Shown here: positions 56,396 through 64,000 of the stretch, piece after piece | Numbering within the stretch: position 1 is the stretch's first letter | Layout: each line of letters starts with the position of its first letter | NCBI GenBank assembly: GCA_963828805.1 | Contig: CAWHGS010000021.1 | Span: forward strand, 26,974 to 90,973 | From: an uncultured delta proteobacterium | GTDB lineage: Bacteria > Desulfobacterota > BSN033 > UBA1163 | Length of the DNA: 64,000 nucleotides | Direction of reading: 5' to 3' | Notes under the pieces: generated by a model | Told to the model about the DNA's origin: nothing | Database searches by the model: none | Seen by the model: the letters and a program-made list of their open reading frames with translations, nothing else | Made by a program: the position numbers and the translations under genes

Positions 56396-57787
56396 TTATT
56401 GTTCTAAAATCGATCTTGTGCTATCCTGCAGAATTCCGAGCTTATCTATCTTGTATTTTAGAATGCGGCGGCTGATTCCCAGCAACTCTGCAGCCTGAGA
56501 TTGAACGTTGTTTGCCCTCTTGAGGGCATCCGAGATGAGCTCCCTTTCAAACTCCTCTTCAGCCTTCAACAGGGAGACATTTCCCTGGAGGATCGATTCC
56601 TTAAGGCCATTCGTCTTCGGCGTATCGAGAGAAGAAAAGGGTAATTCGGAGGGCTGAATATACTCGTTTGGCGTCAATGCCACCATCCGTTCGATCAAGT
56701 TTTCCAGCTCCCGTACATTTCCAGGCCAACCATACTGAGTCATCCAGGTCAAAACTTCTTCACTGACTCCTTTCACCCTCTTGCCATTTTCTTCATTGAT
56801 CTTCTTAATAAAATGTTCGATCAAGAGAGGAATGTCCTCCCTTCGGTCTCGCAATGGCGGAATCACGATAGGAACCACATTGATCCGGTAATAGAGATCT
56901 TCCCGGAATTCCCCCTTCTTGATCTGTTGAGTCAGGTCTTTGTTGGTGGCCGTGATGAGCCTCACATCGACTTTGATCGTTTTGGAACTCCCCACCCGGT
57001 TGAACTCTTTTTCCTCTAAAAACCGGAGAATCTTTGCCTGGGTGGCGAGACTTAATTCACCGATTTCATCAAGGAAGAGGGTTCCTGGGTGGGCCACTTC
57101 ACAGCGCCCCAACTTCTTCTCAATGGCGTTTGTAAAGGCTCCTTTCTCGTGGCCAAAGAGCTCGCTCTCCATCAATGTTTCTGGAATCGCGGCACAGTTG
57201 ATCGTGATAAAGGGAAAATTCTTCCGCGGGCTTTGATGATGAATCGCCCGCGAGACCAGCTCTTTGCCCGTTCCGCTTTCACCCATGACGAGAACGGTCG
57301 CCCTGGAAGGAGCGATCTGTTCGATCAGATGAAAGATATGCTTCATCCCTTTGCCTTTTCCAATCATCCTCCCGAAGTCGTACCGCTGATCGATTCTCTC
57401 GCGGAGGTACTTCACCTCCTTCAGCAGGGCTTGATTGGAGAGCGCCCGGTTGACGATCAAACGAAGCTCGTCCACATCGAAAGGTTTCGTCACATAATCA
57501 TAGGCGCCGAGTTTCATCGCTTCGACAGCGGTTCGGACCGTCCGCGTGGCGGTGATCATAATCACAATCGTGTCGGGGTCTTCCCGTTTCATCCGTTCCA
57601 ACACCTTCAATCCATCCAGATCTGGAAGCAGAATATCCAACAGAATGATGTCCGGGGTGTGTTCTTTCATCTGCGAAAACGCCTCATCTGCGCTCTTGGC
57701 AAGAAGGACCTCGAACTCCTCCTTGAAGACCATCTTGAGTGATTCCCGGGCTCCGATTTCATCATCCACAATCAGAAGGCTTTTCAC
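56396..57787 (-). CDS. Sigma54-dependent response regulator (NtrC family: REC + AAA+ + Fis HTH)
   Basis: LLIVDDE..DIILLDILLPDLDG (REC). GESGTGKE, GAFTNA (GAFTGA variant), LFLDEIGEL, EDLYYRINVV. C-terminal AAELLGISRRILKYKI. Confidence 0.9.
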   Translation of the reverse strand: MKSLLIVDDEIGARESLKMVFKEEFEVLLAKSADEAFSQMKEHTPDIILLDILLPDLDGLKVLERMKREDPDTIVIMITATRTVRTAVEAMKLGAYDYVTKPFDVDELRLIVNRALSNQALLKEVKYLRERIDQRYDFGRMIGKGKGMKHIFHLIEQIAPSRATVLVMGESGTGKELVSRAIHHQSPRKNFPFITINCAAIPETLMESELFGHEKGAFTNAIEKKLGRCEVAHPGTLFLDEIGELSLATQAKILRFLEEKEFNRVGSSKTIKVDVRLITATNKDLTQQIKKGEFREDLYYRINVVPIVIPPLRDRREDIPLLIEHFIKKINEENGKRVKGVSEEVLTWMTQYGWPGNVRELENLIERMVALTPNEYIQPSELPFSSLDTPKTNGLKESILQGNVSLLKAEEEFERELISDALKRANNVQSQAAELLGISRRILKYKIDKLGILQDSTRSILEQ

Positions 57788-57805
57788 AAGGCGTTCCTCT
57801 CCTGC

Positions 57806-59356
57806 TCAGACGTTGCTCGCAGGGTAATAAATGACCTTTCTTCTCTCAATGGGAAGTCGAAGGGAGATGAGGGTTCTCGGCTTCTTCTCATTGACGTCAA
57901 TCGTCATTCTTCCCTTATTCTTTTTCAGGATTTCGTGGATGAGCCTCAACTCCAGTTCCTCGGCTTCCTCGGGTTGTGGGGAGGAAATGCCAAAGACCGT
58001 GTCATAGGTGTCCATCGTCTTTTTAAAACCCGTGAAAATCATCAGGATCTCAATCCATTCCCTCTCCCTGTCGGAGCGGGCTTCTTCTCCATCGGCTTGC
58101 TTCGGCTCCACAAACAGCTTCGTCAAAAATCCAATGCTCCCGTGGGGAGGAAGGAAGGGCAGAACATACTGAAGCAGCGAATGAAAGATATAGCGCAGCT
58201 GCTCATCGTGCATCATGGTTTCCGGAAGATCTTTCTCCAATTTCTTGAATAGCTTGATTTTCTTTTCTTCAAAAAGAGCCTCATGTCGCTTTAATACCTC
58301 TTCGAGAATTTGATGAATCGTATTCGATTTGTTGAGAGGCGTATTCATCTTAACGTAATTGAGGAGACCATTCAGCACGAGATCAATCTTTTCGATGTCA
58401 TCGCTCACCACCTTATAAAAAGAGTCCCGGTATTCCCCGTCATTAAATTTCTCCCGCAGCAGTTGCGTAAAGGTTTTGATCGAGACCAGGGGGTTTTTAA
58501 TCCGGTGAACCAGTTCGGCCAGAAAAAAGATCCAGGGGAGGGACTGGTGCTCACGGTCCGAGGGGTCTCCATTCGATTCATAGGGAGTTTTGAAATCCGT
58601 TCTCTTGAGAAAGCCAAAAAAAGAGTTCTTCTCGTTTTCCGCATTAAAAAAAAGATCCTTTTCCATCAGGTTCTCTCCCTCTGAAAAAATGGCGCTTCGA
58701 AGGATCACCGTCTCCAATTCTTTGAGGTTTCCGGGCCACCAGTAACTCTGCAGTAGGGAAAGGACGTTAGGAGAAATCCCTTTCCTTTTCAGGTTCATCC
58801 GGGTGGCATAGTCAAGCAATAAATGACGAGCGATCGTCGGAATATCTTTGCTTCGATCTCTTAAGGGAGGAACATAAATGGACAGGGTGTCAAGCCGCCG
58901 GTACAAATCCTCAGAAAATTTTCCCTGGAGGACTCTCTCCCTCAGATTCTCGGAGGCGGAAGCAATCCACCGGAGGTTCTTCACGATCCGTTTTTCACCG
59001 TTGAATTTAAAGAGGCCCTCTTCCATGAGATCGACAAGCCTTAATTGGTCTCCCTGACTCAAATATCCGACCTCTTTAAAAAAAAGAGTGGCCGGGATCG
59101 CTCCGTAACGCGTCTCTTTAAAGAGAAGGCTGAGTTGGGGCAGGAGGGTTCCCTCCTTCACTATCTTGCAGTCGATCTTATAGAAACGGTGGTATTTCCA
59201 TTCTCCCGTTTGGTAAACGACCCTTGCAACCCACTCCTTTCCGACCCCCTGTTCGCCCTGAATGAGGACGGGAACATTATTCTGGGCAGCTTTTTGGATC
59301 AAAGGGATGATCTGGGCAGGAATGATTCGCGCTTGTAGGATATCTTGGTATTGCAT
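57806..59356 (-). CDS. Hybrid protein: degenerate sigma54-activator-type AAA+ domain fused to HisKA and a degenerate HATPase-like domain
   Basis: The N-terminus has GEQGVGKE (Walker A), but LFFKEVGYL replaces LFLDEIGEL and there is no GAFTGA loop. EDLYRRLDTLSIYVPPLRDR is retained. The C-terminus has ELVHRIKNPLVSIKTFTQLL (DHp His box) but no recognisable N, G1 or G2 boxes. Confidence 0.7.
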   Translation of the reverse strand: MQYQDILQARIIPAQIIPLIQKAAQNNVPVLIQGEQGVGKEWVARVVYQTGEWKYHRFYKIDCKIVKEGTLLPQLSLLFKETRYGAIPATLFFKEVGYLSQGDQLRLVDLMEEGLFKFNGEKRIVKNLRWIASASENLRERVLQGKFSEDLYRRLDTLSIYVPPLRDRSKDIPTIARHLLLDYATRMNLKRKGISPNVLSLLQSYWWPGNLKELETVILRSAIFSEGENLMEKDLFFNAENEKNSFFGFLKRTDFKTPYESNGDPSDREHQSLPWIFFLAELVHRIKNPLVSIKTFTQLLREKFNDGEYRDSFYKVVSDDIEKIDLVLNGLLNYVKMNTPLNKSNTIHQILEEVLKRHEALFEEKKIKLFKKLEKDLPETMMHDEQLRYIFHSLLQYVLPFLPPHGSIGFLTKLFVEPKQADGEEARSDREREWIEILMIFTGFKKTMDTYDTVFGISSPQPEEAEELELRLIHEILKKNKGRMTIDVNEKKPRTLISLRLPIERRKVIYYPASNV

Positions 59357-59366
59357 CGTTCAATGA

Positions 59367-60620
59367 TTAAAAAGGGTTCAGCTGGTTTCCAAACTCCCTC
59401 TTCCGGGGCAGAGTGTCCCGATGGAGGGGTAAATTGACATAGAACGTGGATCCATTGTTCGGCTGGCTTTCCACATCGATATAGCCTTTATGCTCCTGGA
59501 CGATCTGGTTGGAGATGGATAGCCCAAGTCCGCTTCCCGTATGCTTGGTGGTGAAGAAAGGGTTAAAGATACTCTCCAGGTATTCCGGCGGAATTCCACA
59601 CCCGGTATCGGTGAACTCGATCTGAATATAGGGGTCTCCGTTGGATTTGATGTAAGGCCTTGTTTTGACGCATATCTTTCCGCTCTCTGCTGTTGCCTCA
59701 ATGGCATTGATCAAGATGTTTAAAAAGACCTGCTTCATCTGCTCCCGATCGATCGGAACAGGAGGCAGATTCGGAGGAAAATCTTTATTAATATGGATCT
59801 GTTTTTTCTTGGTTCCGCTGGAAACGAGAAGGATGATTGAATCCAGGATAGTATTGATATCTTCGGCCTCTACCTTTGGGTCGGAAGGTCTGGCAAACTC
59901 GAGAAGTTCATTGATCAGGCTTGAAATCCGGTCAACCTCTCCCGACACAATGTGGAGAAAATGGTTCCGAAACTCCTCATCATCAAATCGCTCCGGCAAA
60001 AGCTGCGTAAAGGTTTTTATCGCAACGAGGGGATTCCGGATTTCATGGGCTAGGGCAGCCGTAAGGGTTCCGAGAGAAGCCAAACGGTCGGCTCTTTGCA
60101 TATGCGATTTTGATTTCTTAAGGTCTTCCGTCAGTCTTCTATTCTCAAGGGCATTCGCGGACTGGGTTGCAAGGATGGATAAAACTTCGACATCTTCATG
60201 GGTATAGGGATCGGGAGGCGACTTCGAGCCGAGACAAATCAATCCGTTTAGATTTCCGTTCAAAATCAGTGGGATGATAATGGCAGCTTCCAGTAGAGAC
60301 ATGCGTTCAGAGAGATCGGCTTCTTTTACAAGTTCATCCCGAAGCAGAATATCCCCTCGTTTCAGGAGTTCTTGAGAGAGGGGGTCCTCTCTGGCGAGGA
60401 TCGATGAGGGGCTCATTCGACCCTTTGAGTGAACCGATTCAACCAGATGAAACCCTCCCTTTTCTTCATTCAGCAGGAAAAGAGAGGCCGTTTGCGCACC
60501 CATGGCTTTTACCATGGTCTCGAGAATCTGCTTTGCGAGCGATTTCAGGTCGGGAATAGAGTTCAGGGCAATACTGAAGTTTTTTAGGGTTTCAAGGAAG
60601 GGTTCTCGGTTTCCGGACAT
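59367..60620 (-). CDS. Sensor histidine kinase (GAF + HisKA + HATPase_c)
   Basis: LAHEIRNPLVAIKTFTQLL (H box), NILINAIEA (N box), DTGCGI (G1) and GSGLGLSI (G2). The start is taken at ATG 60620 (AGAGGA RBS); 60647 or 60842 are alternatives. Confidence 0.85.
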   Translation of the reverse strand: MSGNREPFLETLKNFSIALNSIPDLKSLAKQILETMVKAMGAQTASLFLLNEEKGGFHLVESVHSKGRMSPSSILAREDPLSQELLKRGDILLRDELVKEADLSERMSLLEAAIIIPLILNGNLNGLICLGSKSPPDPYTHEDVEVLSILATQSANALENRRLTEDLKKSKSHMQRADRLASLGTLTAALAHEIRNPLVAIKTFTQLLPERFDDEEFRNHFLHIVSGEVDRISSLINELLEFARPSDPKVEAEDINTILDSIILLVSSGTKKKQIHINKDFPPNLPPVPIDREQMKQVFLNILINAIEATAESGKICVKTRPYIKSNGDPYIQIEFTDTGCGIPPEYLESIFNPFFTTKHTGSGLGLSISNQIVQEHKGYIDVESQPNNGSTFYVNLPLHRDTLPRKREFGNQLNPF

Positions 60621-60720
60621 CGGTCCTCTGTTGAAATGGACTGCCATAAGGATTTGCCCTACCCAATGGGTATCATGGAGCGAAAATCTAAAAAATAGGC
60701 ATTGTACCGATTTCAACGCT

Positions 60721-60749
60721 ATTATTATCGTTATTTTCCGTTCTGTCAA
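60721..60749 (-). promoter_or_regulatory. Candidate sigma70 promoter for the kinase-hybrid-NtrC operon
   Basis: The minus strand reads TTGACA (60749-60744), 17-nt spacer, AATAAT (60726-60721). Confidence 0.4.
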
Positions 60750-60913
60750 CAATTTTGTACATCCGCCTTTTTGTCGCTTTTGGGTGGAAGTCAAAGGCCG
60801 AGAAGACTCGAATGAAGATAAATACCTTTGAATTATGGCCATTTACAAAACGTCTTGAAATGATTAAAAAAATATGCTATTGTTTTTTTGAATTTTTATA
60901 CAAGGAGATACCG

Positions 60914-61147
60914 ATGCATACTGATGGAAGTAAACGATTTGATAAGAGAAACATCGAAAGCAACCTGCGGAGAGGGGTTATGGTCTCAAAGGAATATGAG
61001 AATTATCTCAACAAATTACCCGATGCAAGCGATAAGATATTTGATCCTGAGGACGAGTCTCCGGTACAGCAAGAAGACGTTGAATTACGAAGCGGTCATG
61101 AGGGAATGACGAAAAAGAGAGGGGGAAAAGGCAAAGCGAAGGGGTAG
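60914..61147 (+). CDS. Hypothetical 77-aa protein
   Basis: AAGGAG RBS 7 nt before ATG 60914. Lys/Gly-rich C-terminus. No family recognised. Confidence 0.4.
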   Translation: MHTDGSKRFDKRNIESNLRRGVMVSKEYENYLNKLPDASDKIFDPEDESPVQQEDVELRSGHEGMTKKRGGKGKAKG

Positions 61148-61151
61148 TGCC

Positions 61152-61490
61152 ATGCCTATTTATGAGTACCGGTGCAATCGATGTCGTAGGGAATTCAGTT
61201 ACTTTCTTGTTCATTCAGAGCATCCGGGCATGGTGAACTGCTCGTTTTGCCATAGCAAAAACGTAAAACGAGTATTATCCTCTTTTTCTGTCCATCAGAC
61301 AGAGGAATCAAGACTCTCCAGTTTTGATACATCGAAACCTCAAGGGTTCGATTTTTATAAGGATTCCAGGAACGTTGGGCTTTTTGCAAAGAAAAAGATG
61401 CGAGACCTCGGGGTTGATCTGGGATCCAAAATGGATGAAATTGTCGAAAAGGGAAGGACCGGAAAGATTTTAGACGATTATCAAAAATAG
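61152..61490 (+). CDS. FmdB-family putative regulatory zinc-ribbon protein
   Basis: MPIYEYRCNRCRREF...CSFCHS is the CxxC..CxxC FmdB/CxxC_CxxC_SSSS signature. Confidence 0.8.
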   Translation: MPIYEYRCNRCRREFSYFLVHSEHPGMVNCSFCHSKNVKRVLSSFSVHQTEESRLSSFDTSKPQGFDFYKDSRNVGLFAKKKMRDLGVDLGSKMDEIVEKGRTGKILDDYQK

Positions 61491-61514
61491 AGCGGTGATA
61501 CAGCTTCGAATATA

Positions 61515-62621
61515 ATGGAAGAAAAAGATTATTACAAAATCCTGGGCGTCTCTCGAGATGCGACGGAAGACGAAATCAAGAAGGCTTACCGCCGGGTCGC
61601 CATGCAGTCTCATCCCGATCGAAATCCCGGGAACAAAGAGGCAGAGGAAACATTTAAGTTGACCTCTGAAGCTTATGAAGTATTGAGGGATCCCGAGAAG
61701 AGGGGGATTTATGATCGTTACGGCATCGAAGGTTTGAAGGGATCCGGATTCACCGGATTTCGAGGGTTTGAAGACATTTTTTCAACTTTCGGAGACATTT
61801 TTGAAGATTTTTTTGGTTTTGGCCGAACGAGTCCTAGAGGATCCAGGCAGCGCCCGGGAACAGACCTGCGGTATGATCTTAAAATATCCTTTCTGGATGC
61901 TGCTTTCGGTAAAGAGACCGAAATTGACTTACCCAAGACTGTCTCCTGTGAGGCCTGCGGAGGATCGGGAGCCAAGCCTGGAACTTATCCCTCGCAATGC
62001 TCTGTTTGTCGTGGTTCTGGGCAGGTCACCCGTTCCCAGGGTTTTTTCACGATCAGCACCGCTTGTCCTCAATGTCGGGGAGAAGGAAAAATCATTGAAA
62101 ACCCGTGTAAAGAGTGCAAAGGTGCCGGGAGAGCCAGGAAGACCCGCAAGATTCATATCGCCATTCCTCCCGGAGTGGATACCGGATCAAAACTGAGAGT
62201 TCGCGGCGAAGGGGATGATGGGCAGCGCGGCGGACCGCCGGGTGACCTTTATGTCTTTATCTATGTTGAACCCCATGATTTCTTCTCACGGGATGGTGAT
62301 GACGTGGTCTGTCAGATCCCCATCAGTTTTCCCCAGGCCGCTCTTGGATCTGAAATGGACGTACCCACACTCAACGGGAAAAAGAGATTAGCGATTCCTC
62401 GAGGAACCGAAAGCGGTGAACTGATCCGAATCCGGGGAGAAGGTTTCACAAAATTGAGAGGACACGGAAGAGGCGATCAAATTGTTCAGATCATTGTCAA
62501 AACTCCCAAACACATGACAAGGCAACAGGAGGAACTGCTGAGAGAATTTGAAGAAATAGGGAAGAAGAAGGACCCGAAGGAAGAAGGGGTTCTAAGGAAG
62601 TTCTTTAAGAAGAGAATGTAA
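61515..62621 (+). CDS. dnaJ: Molecular chaperone DnaJ
   Basis: J domain with [16 protein letters not shown] region, and four CxxCxGxG zinc motifs ([32 protein letters not shown]). Confidence 0.95.
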   Translation: MEEKDYYKILGVSRDATEDEIKKAYRRVAMQSHPDRNPGNKEAEETFKLTSEAYEVLRDPEKRGIYDRYGIEGLKGSGFTGFRGFEDIFSTFGDIFEDFFGFGRTSPRGSRQRPGTDLRYDLKISFLDAAFGKETEIDLPKTVSCEACGGSGAKPGTYPSQCSVCRGSGQVTRSQGFFTISTACPQCRGEGKIIENPCKECKGAGRARKTRKIHIAIPPGVDTGSKLRVRGEGDDGQRGGPPGDLYVFIYVEPHDFFSRDGDDVVCQIPISFPQAALGSEMDVPTLNGKKRLAIPRGTESGELIRIRGEGFTKLRGHGRGDQIVQIIVKTPKHMTRQQEELLREFEEIGKKKDPKEEGVLRKFFKKRM

Positions 62622-62697
62622 AAGTTAACATAATATTTATTATCAGACATAACTCTACGGTAATGCCTTTCACTCCATCAGCCTTTCGATCACCGGA

Positions 62698-63272
62698 ATG
62701 ATTCTTTCAGGCGGAAAGAGTCACCGGATGGGTGAAAACAAAGCCTTTATCGAAATTGAAGGGATGCCGATCATTCAAAGAATCTGCAATCTCTTTCGAG
62801 GATTATTCCGTGAGGTCATTATTGTCACCCATCAAAGGGAGTTATATCTCCACTTGGAGGCAACCGTTCACGAGGACCTCTTCCCAAACGCAGGCGCTTT
62901 AGGGGGTTTGTATACTGGACTGATCTATTCCTCGTTTCCTTATGCCTTTACAGTGGCCTGTGATATGCCGTTCCTCAAGGCTTCTGTGATCGAATACCTG
63001 AGTCAACAAGTGGAACGATATGATGTGGTCGTTCCTAAGACGCATGATGGTCTGCAACCCCTCCACGCGATTTACTCCAAAAACTGTATCCCGCCTATCC
63101 AAAAGATGCTTCAGGAGAAGAAAACAAGAATTATTGATTTTTATCCTCTGTCCGTGTTAAAATGATTGAAGCAAGAGAGATTCTTGGAATCGATCCCGAA
63201 ATGGAATCTTTCATCAACCTCAACACGCCAGAGGAATTGATTCGATTCAAGAAAAAAACCTCAACCGCATGA
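62698..63272 (+). CDS. mobA: Molybdenum cofactor guanylyltransferase MobA, one frameshift at the A run 63159-63162
   Basis: MILSGGKSHRMGENKAF.. and ACDMPFL. After ..PLSVLK the next frame gives MIEAREILGIDPEMESFINLNTPEELIRF, the typical MobA C-terminus. Confidence 0.8.
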
Positions 63273-64000
63273 TCCATAAAGAAAAATCCCTCTTCCTCGT
63301 TTTTGCTCTCTTTTTCCTTTTGGAGATGTTCTCTTTTCCATCGGTGAGTCAAGGAACTTAAATGAAGATGAACAATTGATCCATGTGGGCGTTGGAGCCT
63401 TCCAGGATGGCCTATACGACATCGCCGAAAAGCAATTTTCCCTCTTTCTCGGGATTTTCCAGCCCATGGAAAGGTCCACGATGTTTCATATCTGTTGGCG
63501 AAAAACCTTTCTGCTCCAGGAGAAATGGAAGGAGGCCAAAGCTATATTCTCAAAGATGATCCAGGAAAACAAGAGCGTTGACTCGATGGATTATGCTCTC
63601 TTCTGGATGGCTCAAACGGAGATGAAGATTGGGGAATCCCGAATATGAGCCGAAGATGGCTTCTTCTCCTCACAAGAAATTATCCGAGGTTTGAATGGGT
63701 TGATTACGTCTACTATCACTTAGGCTCCCTCGGGATTGAACTGAATCGGTTTACCCTTGCCGAATCCTTCTTGAATAAGGTCCTGCTTCTCTCCAAACGG
63801 GAAGAACTGATCCGCAGGGCTTCTTTTTGGCTTAGGGATGGTTTCCTTAAAGCAGAATGAGTTTGAAAAGGCGATCCTTTATCTGAAACCCCTCTGGGAA
63901 GACTTAAGACGCCTTTCCCTATCCTATCGGAAGGAGATTCTTTTTTGGCTCAGCGAAGCCCAATTTAGATTAGGACAATTTCAAGAGGCAAAGCGGAACT
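63269..64000 (+). CDS. Exported TPR-repeat protein (partial, runs off the window), at least 5 frameshifts
   Basis: ATG 63269 overlaps the mobA stop. A signal peptide MIHKEKSLFLVFALFFLL is followed by TPR-like segments scattered over three frames (..GLYDIAEKQFSLFL.., ..NYPRFEWVDYVYYHLGS.., ..NEFEKAILYLKPLWE..QFRLGQFQEAKRN). Confidence 0.5.

Overview
Chromosomal segment of an uncultivated-looking bacterium. Gene order resembles Desulfobacterota/Nitrospirota-type genomes: DUF4416-yicC-gmk-rpoZ, then rimP-nusA-ylxR-infB-DUF503-rbfA-truB-rpsO-pnp-M16 peptidase-dut. This taxonomic guess is inference only. Most of the window is housekeeping: xseAB, ispA-dxs-tlyA, the nusA/infB superoperon, xerD, scpA, sppA, udg, ispH, dnaJ, mobA, and an oorDABC-like 2-oxoacid:ferredoxin oxidoreductase operon. 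Two tRNAs are present, Pro-CGG and Arg-CCT. The left 2 kb is the decayed end of an element integrated at tRNA-Pro. Four things deserve a second look. (1) An uncharacterised three-gene cassette at 14.6-18.5 kb: MoxR-like AAA+ ATPase, stand-alone GXGXG beta-helix protein, and a vWA protein with a Glu-less HxxxH. (2) A c-di-GMP/sigma54 theme. PilZ proteins sit at 20-24 kb. An operon at 55-60.6 kb encodes a GAF histidine kinase, a degenerate bEBP-AAA+/pseudo-kinase hybrid and an NtrC-type activator, followed by an HD-GYP response regulator. Three intergenic, correctly oriented matches to the sigma54 -24/-12 consensus accompany these genes. (3) Intergenic regions form an unusual mosaic of heptanucleotide tandem arrays, CCTGCC..GGCAGG palindromes, a MITE-like unit and a dispersed ~120-160 bp repeat. 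(4) About 20 single-nucleotide frameshifts interrupt conserved genes, including essential gmk. Most sit at homopolymer runs, so I read them as assembly or sequencing indels rather than pseudogenes. No CRISPR array, rRNA or intact transposase was seen. All calls come from reading translations and motifs by eye; no database search was possible.
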